From positions 132,804-196,803 of the forward strand of contig NMRA01000002.1 of the NCBI GenBank assembly GCA_002633005.1: a DNA stretch of 64,000 nucleotides, in the 5' to 3' direction. Shown here piece by piece: positions 14,608 to 27,271 of the stretch (within the stretch, counting starts at the first letter, position 1; each line of letters opens with the position of its first letter). The DNA comes from Phoronis australis. Lineage: Eukaryota > Animalia > Phoronida. Position numbers and translations under genes: made by a program. Below the pieces are notes generated by a model that had not been told where the DNA came from, searched no databases, and saw only the letters and a list, made by a program, of their open reading frames with translations.

Positions 14608-15238
14608 GTTATCGTGCTCAGTTTTCTACTGCCAATGTGGCCAAAAACTATCATCGTGAAGCACAATTTTAGGCAAATATGCCTTGTGCCATACGTCAGA
14701 TGACAAACAGGGCCTCAAAGATATGGGTCAAATTAGAGGACCCATGGCTCACATTTCTGTCCTATTTGGAAACCAGTTTTTGGATGTCATCTTCACATGT
14801 GCAAAATTCTAAAATTCTGACCACTCGCCATGTGTGCAGGGCAGACCCTAACCATTACGCAAGTCGTCGGAATGTAGTCTTCTTATGATAAAAATGTGGA
14901 CTTGCCTCTGACTTAGGATACTGCTGACGATAAGCATATCAGACGTCAGACGAACGTTTATGTGTGAACATTTTTCAAACCCCAAGCTGCCTGCCTTCTA
15001 ATCGGACGACTTGTGTTCAACTCAGAAGCTATGCCGAAATCTAGAATTCGAGCTCCAATTTTAAGCTCGACTCGATAATGGTTATGAAGAATGAACTAGA
15101 CTAGAAACGTGTCTGCGCAAACCATACACGGCCTACTTGAGTTCGTTCTAACGTAGATCACATAATGTCAAAAAAATTACGTTCGGGGCCTTAGAATATA
15201 CTCTCGATCCCTGGTGAATTATTTACTCTTGTCACCAG

Positions 15239-15601
15239 GAAGAAGCTGCAGAGCGCCAGTTGTTGACGAGCGAACCATTCTGAAATTGGGAAAGAGGCCT
15301 AACTACACATTCGAGGATACGGTATCATTTACGTGTATGTATGGTTATCGAATCATCAATGGCAGTTTTAGCATCACTTGTCAAGAAGACGGGAAGTGGA
15401 ACGGTTCTACCTTGGTGTGTGAACGCATCTCTTGTGGCACTCCAAGTCTACAGCCGAATGCAGTAGTTGACGTCAACAACACGTGGGTTGGAGATATTGC
15501 TCACTTTGCATGTAAACCAGGCTTTGAACCGTCGGGAGGAAATTCTTCGAGAACTTGCGGAGTAGAAGGACAGTGGAATGGAACTGATCTGCTATGCGCA
15601 A
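15239..15601 (+). CDS. Receptor paralog B exon 4: two sushi/CCP domains
   Basis: SCRAP...FTCMYGY...ITCQEDGKWNGSTLVC and SCGTP...FACKPGF...RTCGVEGQWNGTDLLC. Acceptor caccAG, donor a|GTATGC, phase 1-1. Confidence 0.92.
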
Positions 15602-15639
15602 GTATGCAAAGCATGCCGAAACAGTATACTGAAATTATC

Positions 15640-16860
15640 TAACGCTTCGTTCTGAAACAATATCGAGGCCGTCATATCTATAAACAGAGGTTCTTGCGTG
15701 TTCGAGTGACCATTTCTTAATTCGAACACAAATAGTTTTCGTGTCCTTGTCTGATGCATCGCCCCACACGGGGAGGCAGTAATCTTTGTGAGGTTGAATG
15801 GTGGCATTGAAAATGGTTTTCAATATTAATCTGTTTACAAATTTATTGATGCATTTCAATACGCCAATTTACTTAGACACCTTTTTCGATATATAATCAA
15901 CGCGATGAGAGAATTTAAGATTTTGATCATATATTAGTCCCAGATATTTAAAGGAACTCATGCTCTCAATTGGACTTCCAGCCATACTTAATGACAGGAT
16001 TTAGATTAAAAGTCTTTGGTACGTGCCAAACAGAAGAGTTTTAAATTTTGACACATTTAAGAATAAATTATTGGATACAAGCCAGTCTTAAATGATTGCT
16101 AAATCACAACTGAGATTTCTCTGGATTTCAGAGGAGGTTCGGCCTGCGGACAATATTGCAGTGTCGTCGGCATACAAAACCATCTTAGAATTCTGGGTCA
16201 TTGAGGGGAGATCATTGACAAAGATGCAAAATGGCAAGGGCCCAAGTATTGACCCAAGAGGGACACCTGTTTTAACAGTTTTGAGGTTAGAGATATCTTT
16301 GCATGCCGACACGGGTAGCTTGAGTTCTGTTATCAAGATACTCATGAAACCATTTGGCTTCGACAGCGACGACCCCATAGGCTTTAAACTTCTTCAACAA
16401 GATAGTGTGGTCGACAGTGTCAACTGCCGTCTTTAGATCAATAAAAACAGCACGTGTCAAAAATCCTTGGTCCATATTTCTATAAACATGGTCAGTGATG
16501 TCAATGTTAGTGGTTTGAATGGAGTGGTCGGAAACCAGACTGGTAAGTTGGAAGTAAGAATGAAGTTGTTTGTGAACCTATTTTTCTAGGATTTTTAATC
16601 TAGATGACAGAATTGAAATGAGACTGTAAATTTTTAAGCATGATTTGTCACCGTTTTTAAAAAGTTGTGTTACAACGGCCGATTTCCGCTCTGATGGTAT
16701 GGTTGATGTTTTCAACGATAAATTCATCAGTGACGTAATGGAATGAAAGATTGTCTCAGCAGATACTGTAAGCATTTATACCGTCAGTTCCAGTAGTAGA
16801 ATTGTCATCCATGGATTTGGGTTGCTGGCAAACAAAATTAGCGTAAACCTCATGAAATTT
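15640..16860 (-). mobile_element. Degenerate non-LTR retrotransposon (CR1/L2-type RT) fragment in receptor intron 4
   Basis: Frameshifted RT pieces: FIDLKTAVDTVDH, GVPLGSILGPLPFCIFVNDLP, YADDT, IFNATIQPHKDYCLPVWG. Confidence 0.85.
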
Positions 16861-17764
16861 AAAAACTATCTCATCGCTGACCTGGAGTGTGTTAAATGAT
16901 TAGTAGTAAAGTATTTAAAACGTATTTAAATAGTTCGTGAAAATTACTCATGAGTAGGTTTTTGAACTTTGAAATTCGGACAAGAAATGTGATTTTGTTA
17001 CCTAAAAGTAGAACTAGTGTCCAGCCAGTACCCTGTTTCATTGATTCTACATGAAATTTTAAAATGAAGCGTCAAAATTATGTGAAAAACAGTGAGCGCT
17101 TGCAACCGGTTTACAAAGGTTCCGCACCCAAAGGTAATATTTCAATCTAAATACTTTTTTGAAACCCTTGTGCTATGTACTTAATGATTTTTTTGTTTCC
17201 AAGAAGAATAAATAATGTTGTTGTTTGAACCACTTATTGTTTTTGTTGTTTCTTTGGCAATAGTCACTTACAGAGGACCCGGATTTTGATAACCAGTTTA
17301 ATTCCCGTTAGTCAATGGAGAAAACTGGTTCTCAAAAGGCGGAACCTTTGTAATACACTGATACCCTTTACTAAGCAGATGATTTGACAAGAACTTCATT
17401 TTCAAATCATTTAAAACTTTGTAGGTTGTGTCTGTCCAGCAATAACAGATATTCCAAACTCGATGGTTTTCAACAATTTTCTGAAAATTCTTTCCAATAT
17501 GACAGCAAACACCGACCACGTGGAACAAAAGTTCGTCTTGGGAACAATTATTTTTGTTAAATGCATGCCACGGCAATATAAGAATTCAGGTTCAAAATAT
17601 AGCTTTGGGTGCATCCCCCCACCCCATCCCCATTCTGATACCTCATTTTGGAGCTAAAAATATCCAAAGATTGACTAGCACACCTGTGACAAAGGCTACA
17701 ACGATACATTTACAGCAACTTTCCTGCTGATGGACTGCAATGACCAAATTGATCTTTCTTACAG

Positions 17765-17956
17765 CAGGAAATTGGTTGGAATGGAGCGCTTTAACAGACT
17801 GCAGTGCCACCTGTGGGAAAGGGATGAGAGTGTCTAGGAGGCAATGTTCTTTTCAAGGCGAAATCACAAATTTGACTCGTTGCCCGGGATACCATTCCAC
17901 ATTCATCGCTTGCAAAGCTCCGATTAGCTGCACTATCGTAGAAGAGCAGAAAAAAG
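17765..17956 (+). CDS. Receptor paralog B exon 5: thrombospondin type-1 repeat
   Basis: GNWLEWSALTDCSATCGKGMRVSRRQC (WxxW, CSxTCG, RxRxC-like). NAGNAG acceptor tacAGcAG (start 17765 or 17768); donor g|GTACGG; phase 1-1. Confidence 0.9.
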
Positions 17957-18869
17957 GTACGGACGAATAATGCGTGGAGAGAGGTCCGGGCTTGATACAG
18001 AACTTAATTCATCCGTAAAATATACTAAAATTTGCGCATATATTAGGCTTACCAGAAAACTAACTTAAAAGTCCTTACTCGTGCTCTCTGAAAATGGGTC
18101 TAAACAATACTCCGGTGGTGATATGATGTTTTGATACTTAACACAATGTCAGAGCTGGGCACCTTTAATCGAAAGAATGCGGTGTCATCGAGAGGGCTCC
18201 TATAATGTTGAAAAGCAAAATCGACGTTTATAAGCATGAAGTACTGATTGTGTTTATTCTGTCATCATGATGTGTCATAGATCCGTAATCTGCGAAATGG
18301 ATAACTGCAATGTAGCAAGCCAACGTATGCTTATTTCACACATGGCTTCTTAAAAGTGTGTGGGGCTAGCTACTGAATTTACCAGGGAGCTCAAGAACGG
18401 CCCATATTTTATGATCTGCTAACTTGAGAGTCCAAACTTAAAGGGTTGGATCAGTTGCGACATTGGGGGCTCACTCATATTGACAAGGTGCCTGCAGGCG
18501 GGTACCGAAAATTGCGGGTAGGAAGTACTTTTTCACCAAGCTTTTTAGGACCCGCGCGGGGTCCAATATGCCCCTAAATTTCCATTTCGTCCCCGTAAAA
18601 GGCCCACTGCATTGGCCTCAGCCACACAAAAGGCACACTAGCTGTCTTCTTATAGAAAAACTACCCGCAAAATGGGTGGGAATTAGCAGACCTGGCATCC
18701 GCAATAGGGAGTCTCATAGCAATTTTGTTGGTATACGCTTGTGAACACCTTGTCAATGTGAGTGACCCCCGAGTTATCGACCTACGCGACATTGGTTTCT
18801 TGAGAGAAAATCCGCAACGTGCTGAACTTGTACCTAGCAAACTTTCTTCATGGAGTATTATTCTTCCAG

Positions 18870-19693
18870 GACAAGAATTTTTTTTCCGTCACGGGTATGT
18901 GAACTTAGTAGAGTCGCGATCCACGTGGTATTGGTTCTGGTCAGTCATCGTCGTCAGCGGCATGTTCATGTTTCTTTGGTACAGCAGAGATTTGTATCTC
19001 CAGGAGGGTTTGCGAATAAGGAAACTTGCGACTCGAGAGTTTGACTACATCATCTTGCGTATAGCTGCGATGATGATGGGTGATAAAAAACTACAGCAGA
19101 CTACACTGAAGTGCACCAAGGCTATCGATCGTAAGCAGCTTTCCGAGTATTACAAGTACGTCAGTAGGCAACTGAATAAGAGCGCGACTCTTCGTGGAAG
19201 TATCTTTCGGTCCGTGAGCGACGTGCGCCGTTCGCAGCCGCTGGTAAAAATTAAAGTTTTCTTAGATACTGAGACGCCCTCGGTGACGCCCGGTCCTCCA
19301 AAAATTTCACCTTTTCCCACCTCGTTTGAGAACTTATTTAGAGCTGCCCTCGAAGAAACTACAGACGCAGATAACTTGGACAATTTTATGAGAACTTGCC
19401 GTCCGCCTGTGCGGTCAGGAACTTCTTCGGCTAAAGCAGTCTCTCGAAACTTCCTTAGCCCACTGTCACCTGCAGTCACCTCACCTGCTTCGTTCAAGGC
19501 AACATTTTCTCAAATACGTGACTATAAGAGAACACAAGTGAGAAAGATTTTACCTGGTCCTTCTCTGCTCAAGATACCGCGCATCAATCAAGTGCAACCA
19601 TTAAGCCAATGTGCGTCGTCGAAAAAAGGAGAGTCTGCTAGACCTCAAACTACAAAGCCTGCATTAACTTTAACAGCTCCGGTCAACTTGTAA
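18870..19693 (+). CDS. Receptor paralog B exon 6: TM + cytoplasmic tail
   Basis: Acceptor ttcttccAG, phase 1. TM WYWFWSVIVVSGMFMFLWY followed by a basic stretch. The joined CDS is 1761 nt (586 aa) and open throughout. Confidence 0.88.
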
Positions 19694-22199
19694 CAGCTTT
19701 CTACATATCTAAGACGCACAAAGCTGTCATATAAACTTCCTACCAGCAATGACGTCAAAAAACGTCATTTTTAAAAAGGAGGTTAGAAGCTACTAGTAGT
19801 CTAAATACAGTACTTGTACGTTATTATTGACTGAAGACAATCGCTTGTAGCCTATGTCCGTCATCAGTGTCAATGTGTCCGTCATCAGTGTCAGTATTCA
19901 TTTGATTTTTAATCTGTCTTCATATTGACGTCTCCCGGTCATTGCCACTGTTTCCGCGAATCCCATCATTCTGTTAACCTTGACACCACTCTATTCAGTC
20001 TCGAGTCCCGCCGGGGTAATCCGGTCTCATCAAGTTCCCCTGTTCCCCCCGGGCATCATCCATTTTCTGGAACCATCTATGAAATCGTCACGGCAGCAAC
20101 GTTTTGCGGCAATTTGTGTTTCGAACGTCTGCTCGGCAAACTGCCGCAGTTTGAGGATTGCCACAGTTTGCGCAGTTACGACAGTTAACGATCTTAAAGA
20201 GTGCTATTTTATAGTTAATTATAGTTTTGTGATTTGTTATACTTAATTGTAATGAATTATAAATTTACTTAAATGCTAATTACTCCCAAAACAGTTGGCT
20301 TCTTTCTGCCTAAACTTCCTCCTCAGGACAAACCAAGGATTTTAGTCCACTGAGTCGGTTATGTTGACAAAATACAGGCTTTACCGAGATCAGAGCATGA
20401 GTACTGAAAGTTTCAGTATTTCTGTAAATATAAATGGACTCGGGTTCCCCTAGAGAGCTGTTATAACTGGTGACCTCTTGTGAGAGACGACGACTTGATT
20501 TTTTGAGCATTCGAAAAATTTGAATGTTGATGGGAGTACTAGCTGAAGAAGGGCAGTCATCTTAACCTATGTTGGTATTTGCTGCACTTTCAGTCCTGCA
20601 ATTTGGTTGCAAAATGTCCAGTTATTCTTCCATCAGGTATGTTATTCCTGCCAAAGTGTAGCATTGTTGTTGTGTCAGAAGGGCGGATTTTCAGAAAAGT
20701 TAGACCCGCTGGTGCTTAGCGTACTGTCCAGTTGGGCCACATTGGTGTCGAGAGATTCTCACAGGCCTGTTGTCTCGGTATAGCACTTCAAACATATGGA
20801 GACTGTTGAAAAAAACAACAAAAGTGAACCAGTGGCAGAGATTTGTTATTGTCAGGCGATGCAATAACTTATTTTCATGGGAGCTCTGTTTCCGTTCTTG
20901 CCCTAAACAAATATTCGTCGGGATATTTCATAGAATTCCACTGAGCGCGTGTTCTCGAACGCGTAACCACCAAGTAACTTCAACGGGTGCGCGTTTTAGG
21001 CCTAACTTTGATACTGTTGACGAATCTTTTGAATTGTAAATGTCATTGATTATTGAAATATCATGACAAATAATCGTAAAATAGGAGACTAAATATAAAA
21101 GAAAATTTTCATGCTGCTGGAGATCGGGATGGGTAACATTTTTAGCGTGCAATTGTTTTGCGAATGTCAATCTTGTTTGCCCTACATGTTCAGCAATACC
21201 CAGCTGCGGCAAATGAGCGAGCCACGTGAGGTCCCTTTTTCCTGCTTCATTTAGATCTGATAGAGGTATGCATACTTTTTAATTGTTTATTATAAAAATA
21301 TGTAGACAATAATTGGATTTAAGCCCAAAAGTGATGGAAAGCATTTTACCTGGTCGTGCTAACTACCAGAACTAAGGCAACAACAAGTCATAGACTCTAC
21401 ATAATTCGAAATGGTCAATGCATGCAGGCATGGTCTTAGTGGGACAACATTAGACATTGGAGCCAGACGGATTTAGGCGGATCAAGGCGCCACATTCCCC
21501 GATTTACAACATCCTAGATCCGCCGGTAAGTCGACTCATTGTATTTGACCGCGTTGTGACTAGAACGCACAAATCGATATAGACGATCTAAAATTTTCCC
21601 TTCTTCTCCAACCAAGATATAGTAAGAGAGAAAAACGCCGCCGGTGGCACAGGCGCTTGAGTTTATCTGTTCCTCGATCGCAAATGACGTCACTCAATAC
21701 TAAGAAAACATACGTTTCTTATATATGGTTATGAGTTATCGGGAAATTCGTACGCCTGTGGCCGGTGGCATGCTATATCGTATAATAACGGGACCCCTTT
21801 TCAGTTCGAAAGTTGTGGTTGGACCGCACTCCTTACAACATCCGGATCCGCCAGTGAAATGGTTGACATTTTCGCGGCCAATGAAGCGTTCCTCGTTATT
21901 CCAATGATTCGTTTCCACGAATTTATGATAGCGACTAAAATGCTTTTAACTTTTTTGTTTTTATAACATTTTGACATTCTGTGTCAGATTTAAGGAGCTG
22001 AGAAGATAAGAAACCCAGACACCCATCAAGAATGCCATTCAGCTAAGAACAGAAAATTTTCTGCGTGATTAATAAAACTGAGAAAAAAACCTTCAAATAT
22101 ACAATCGCTCAGTTTAGCCAAAAATGTGATCATAACAAATACTTCACAAAAATGCAGATCTATCGCTGAGTAAAGACGTTTTAGACTGCAGAAACACAC

Positions 22200-22640
22200 T
22201 GTAAGATCTCCAGAAAACATTGCTAGAGTACAGGAGTCAGAGGGACGTTACGAAGGAACGCTACCTGGAGGTCCTCCACAAAGTTTTGGGAAGAATTAGG
22301 TATCAGAAATTGGAGAAGAGGTACAGACAGGGTGAAGAGAAATATACTGGTTCTAGCAAGATGGAGCTGTCCCTCATACAGTTACTGTCACTCTAGCAAG
22401 TTCCCTGGTCGTCTTATCAGCCGTAGGCGCAATCCAGAATGGGCGCCTCATTCCCCTGATCTGAACTCCCAGATATTTACTTTAAGGGATATCTTAAGGA
22501 CTACTATACAAGGACAACCCCAGGACAAATCCAGGTCTCCAGAGAAATCTAAGCTGTATCAAAGGAGGGGTGCTGCAGGCTCATGAATCACTATGCTCGG
22601 AGAATCCAAGTGTGTCTAGTGCAGAACGGCTCCCATCTGT
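22200..22640 (+). mobile_element. Tc1/mariner-superfamily transposase relic
   Basis: WF*QDGAVPHT (22348-22380), then after a frameshift KFPGRLISRRRNPEWAPHSPDLN. These resemble the QQDGAPxH and WPxxSPDLNP motifs. Confidence 0.75.
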
Positions 22641-23015
22641 GCAAGTATCTCACTTTTACAGCACTAAAACACGGTCCCTCGATTCTTGTCGTATAATTCA
22701 CGAAAATATTTTCTATTTATCTATGCTTGTTGCGTTAAAAAATTCAAATGAGTGTTATTTTTCATTGAATTTTGGTCCTGATAAGCACTTTGCAGGGGTC
22801 ACACATCCAGTTCAAAAGGGTTATCCTGCGGAAAACCTCAGATTGCGATAGAGTTCCTTTTTCATAAAAGCTTTCAACAAATGTGTCATATTTTATCGTG
22901 TTTGCGCTAAAATGGTGAGTTCTTATCAACTGACTCTCCATAAAGGTGGGTATGTACCGAATGGTATACCCCCCCCCTCCTTCACTGACTCTTCCGGCAT
23001 CAGGCCAGACCGTAA

Positions 23016-25397
23016 CAGTGGCGGATCTACGGGGGGTTCAGGGGGTTTAAACCCCCCTCGGGCCAGGACCCGAAAATTAAAAAAAAAACAAAAAACAAAA
23101 GCGTATCCAGCAAAACAAAAACGGCACCGCCAGCGTGTGTAAACCCCAAGTACACCAACTTGGAAAAAATTGAGGGGGGGGTTCACTCTGAAGATATAGT
23201 TTTTTGCATTGTGAATTGCTGAGTCTTTGTGGCTCATCGGCAAAACGCGCGGGCATTAATTGTGAGCGCGCTTCCGTCGACACTTCTGAAGTAGCCAAGC
23301 ATTTTAGATGGATTCACCGCTGAAAGAGCAGTTCTATAACTGATTTCTTTTGGTAACTAGCTTCTTTACTCTAAGATATATTTTGATTTGATTAGGGGAA
23401 ATACTGCGGTGCCGCAACCCTGATATTCAGGCGAATTGACGTGCAACGTTTTTACCTCATCTGTCATGCCGTGTCGTTCTATTACACTCCACACGTTTGT
23501 AACTGATGTATAGTAAAGTTGTCTTGCGCAATATCATACGGTGTACATGTACATGTAATATTGTGTACATGTTCATGTAATATTTTTGAAAAAAATTCTT
23601 TTTCCGAAGAATTGCTATTGTTGCGGGCGCCGTGGTCTGGTCGCGAGTCCGTTTGAAGACACACTGTGTAACAAATTATGTCTATACAAGGAATGACCAA
23701 GGGGGGCACTCACATTGAGAAAGTGACCGCATTCGCGAAAAGTGTACAGTACCAGAAATTGCGGGGAGGCTGTTCTTTCACAACAAAGTCTTGCGGGCCT
23801 CGTGCGATGTTCAATAGGCCTCCTAAGGAGCCCTAGTTCCGACCTCAACACCTACCGTCGGTCTACCTGCAATAAGCACACTGCCGTCTTCCATACTGGG
23901 AATTTTGGCACAAAGGCTCACCCGATGAAACGCTCATGCCCATGGGCATTTATTTGATATTAGTACTTCGGGTTTCAAGCGTTCAGACAATGTGACGTTT
24001 ATTTCGGAAATTGCAAGAGATGCAAATAGGTCCTGGGATGCTTCGTCAAGGTTTGAAGTAGTCCATGATGAACGGATCAAATTTAGTTGCGCATGTAAGT
24101 CTTTTGAATGGACTTGGCAACCTCAAGGGTCTTATTGTCAACTGAGCTGCGAAACGAGAAGCTGATATTGTAGAGCCTTACAAGCTCATTGACACAGCAG
24201 TTGACGAAGTGCAAGCGTTGGGAACAAACATCGAAGATATCTGGGTAGAATGGTTCCAAGACGAGCAAATCATTGGATCCGATATACAAATTCCTCGGCA
24301 GTCTAGACAACAGAAGGATAGGACTAACGTATGAGTAACCACTGGGGATTAAAACTTTAGAGAGAAGCTTTCAATTCAAAAATTTTTGCATTGTACACTT
24401 TAGATCTCGTGACGGACCAGGCCAGCTTGATTTGTGTAAATGTTGAGTTTCAGTGTACTTCTGGTCCCTAGGCGAACTAGTGTGCTTTGTAAAACTATTT
24501 ATCTCAGCCAGTACTGTTTGGTCCCGCGACAGATCGACTATTTTTATAGAGATAATAAGCACAGGTGTACTCTTGGTCTCGTGACGGACCAGGTCAGCTT
24601 TTTGTGTACTCTCAGTGTACATCTGGTCCCTCTGCAAACTAGTCCAGAGTATCTTTTCACCACTGTGCACAGGATGTTTTGGTTTCGTGAAACTGTTTTC
24701 AGATGATTTGTTTCCTGATAGATTTGACGTTTTTCAATTGTTGTCAACGTGATTCAGCTTAATAAAGTGATACCTAATTATTTATTGTCGCTTTTAATAA
24801 TAGACTATGAGTTGAGAACATCATCGTTCGCCAGTTTTTCTCGTAACGAGACAGAACACGTTTATTTCCGGACTAACAGTACAGGTCTTCGTTCTTAAAC
24901 CACTTGAGGCTGCTGTTACGCGATCATCTGATATTCAAGTTTTTACGCCCCGTCAGTGCTCCTTAATTATGCCCTTGAATATTTGGAAATTGTCTAAACC
25001 CCTGTATACACACCTTACTTTTTCGTATACGACTTTTTGTATGCTAAAAAACGTGTGTGTAAGCAGATGTTCCAACAAAAATTTTTGCTGGTGGCGTGAC
25101 TCATACCCAGATGTGCACAATATGGTTTCACGAAACTTATGAGCCAAGTTCATGTGACGAAATGGAGAAGGGTTTTTAATTATCTTAGGAAAAACTCCAG
25201 AGACATGTTAAGTGCCAGAAACTTACCAGGGTGCATGGAAATTTCACTATTTGGCTACAAAAACAAAAAAAAAATATCTTACACGGGAGGGGAAACCCCC
25301 CTGCCGACCTCCCCGCGCTCGGCGCCACGCGCCTAGGATTCGACCTTGGCGGGAATCTTAACCCCCCCCCCTTGCTGAAAACGTAGATCCGCTTCTG
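23016..25397 (+). mobile_element. hAT-superfamily element relic with 15-bp TIRs and 5-bp TSD
   Basis: TIR CAGTGGCGGATCTAC / GTAGATCCGCTTCTG; cgtaa on both flanks. Internal transposase-like fragment at about 24110-24328: LKGLIVN*AAKREADIV...WVEWFQ...IPRQSRQQKDRTN (ZMYM1/PRKRIR-type hAT region). Confidence 0.7.
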
Positions 25398-25435
25398 CGT
25401 AACAGCAGACGAAGCATCCAAGCTCCAGTTCACAA

Positions 25436-25447
25436 GTACGCATGCGC
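25436..25447. promoter_or_regulatory. NRF1-like motif in the AK2 proximal promoter region
   Basis: gtacgcatgcgc resembles YGCGCATGCGCR and lies about 80 bp upstream of the ATG of a mitochondrial housekeeping gene. Motif match only. Confidence 0.3.
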
Positions 25448-25527
25448 CCTACGTTTGCCTGTTCCGGTTGTTGGTTCGCGTGGCAGAAGAACGACAGACA
25501 GGGCTGATGTTTTCCTCCGGCTTTAAT

Positions 25528-25635
25528 ATGCCTCCTTTAAATGAACAGCAAATAAAAACGTCTCCCGGACGTGAAGAATCGAAAGGAATAAAGGCTGTTT
25601 TATTAGGACCACCCGGAGCTGGAAAAGGAACTCAG
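25528..25635 (+). CDS. AK2: Adenylate kinase 2 exon 1
   Basis: MPPLNEQQIKTSPGREESKGIKAVLLGPPGAGKGTQ (P-loop). Donor cag|GTTTGA, phase 0. Confidence 0.93.
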
Positions 25636-27271
25636 GTTTGAAATTAAAATTCCTTGATAACTGACTTGAGTCATTCGCGGGAGTCATTCATTCATTTACC
25701 GGCGAATGGTCGCCATGGAATGTTTTCGTACGGTAATATGTTTCGCACGCTCAATCTTTGAATTGGAAATTGTATTTTTTAAGCTACCATTTGGTTTTGA
25801 CTGACACTGTGAGTCAATTTTACTCCAAACCTGTGCTCACGGTCGGTCTTTTTGTCTGTGACTGTGTCGTCGATGTGTATTACTACTATTACTCAGTATT
25901 ACTGTCACTGTCAATGTCCCACTTCCGATCCGTTGGGAGTCACTTCACAGATAATTGACTAAGATGGAAGAACTCTGAAGGAATGAGTAAAATTATGTCA
26001 CAGTCATCAACTGTTGTTCGTGGCTTATATTTGCTCCAATTCTGAAAGTTGTGGAGCAGCTGGTTGATATCTGAATCACTAAGGTTGCATGACTTGATTG
26101 TTTTTACCTGACCTAGTTACTTGACCTAGATAAACGGAAGTTTAATAAGTAAATAGGGCTAAGATTTTAATCAAAATAAAAACTACACGGTAAATTCAAT
26201 TGTATAGAGAGCATTTTGCATGCTCGCTTTGTAAATAATTTTTACCTGACCTAGTTACTTGACTTAGATAAACGGAATAAGAATGGACCAGTCGGTAAAA
26301 GTAATACATTTTTGTAATTATCGTGAAAATTGTAATATCAAGTATGTATGTGTGATGTAAATGCAATCCATTGTCTAAGTGCTGATGTGTCACTGTTAGT
26401 TGGGGATCACTCCCACTAAGCAAACACAAAATTTGTTGAAACTACCAATATACTTGTAAGCGACGAGTGATTTTTGGCAAACCCATTAGGGGGCATTTCA
26501 TTGGTCACTTCATTGTTGATTAACATGTGATCAGACAATAGTTACTGACTGGTAGAACATTTTTAACGCCCGATGAAACAGAGTTTCACAGTCTGTGAAC
26601 TCGAAGGGGTCTGTGGTACTGCTGCTGGTTAGGATGTAATGGAGATGCCATGTTATGTAGTAACTATTAAAATGTGACTTACCCTACAGTCTATTTCTGT
26701 TAATAGCTATCCGTAACAATACTCCAGGTAATTTCATGAAAAAAGAATTTGGAATCATTGCAATATAAGTATACACTACAGCAGTTCTATTTTGCATTTA
26801 ATGACCCCAGGGTTGGAATTTGGTGGGTAATTACTTATCTCTGTGATTGCTCGGTCGTTTTAGTTAAAAACACAACGTATAGCGACGATGGAAACAGAAG
26901 TAGCTTGAAAGTTGCTAAATGTTTTTAAGAATGAGTTTGTGGCGAAAATGATGTGCCATAAATTATTGAACCATGTCCAGTACACATCATGACTTGGTGC
27001 TGGAGAATAATATTAAGTTGCAAGATGCAGGTTACAGTATGTGAACCGTGAGGTACTTCATTAGTGTAACGAAAAAAGTAAAAAACATTTTGGAGTTTGA
27101 TTTCAAGTAAAAATATTAGACTGCGAGTCCATTTTTCATATTTTCCACAAAGCCCCAGTATTTTGGCCAACGAAAATTTACATCTGCGCCATGTTTGAGT
27201 GGCTGGTTCTACAATCTCTACTGCATGGCTTCTGAAACAAGTTAGGATGGGTGGTTTGTAGAGCTGTAAGA

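Noticed and set aside
18725-18869. N-terminal extension of the 322-aa ORF
   Set aside because: Intronic read-through upstream of the acceptor; no similarity to paralog A.
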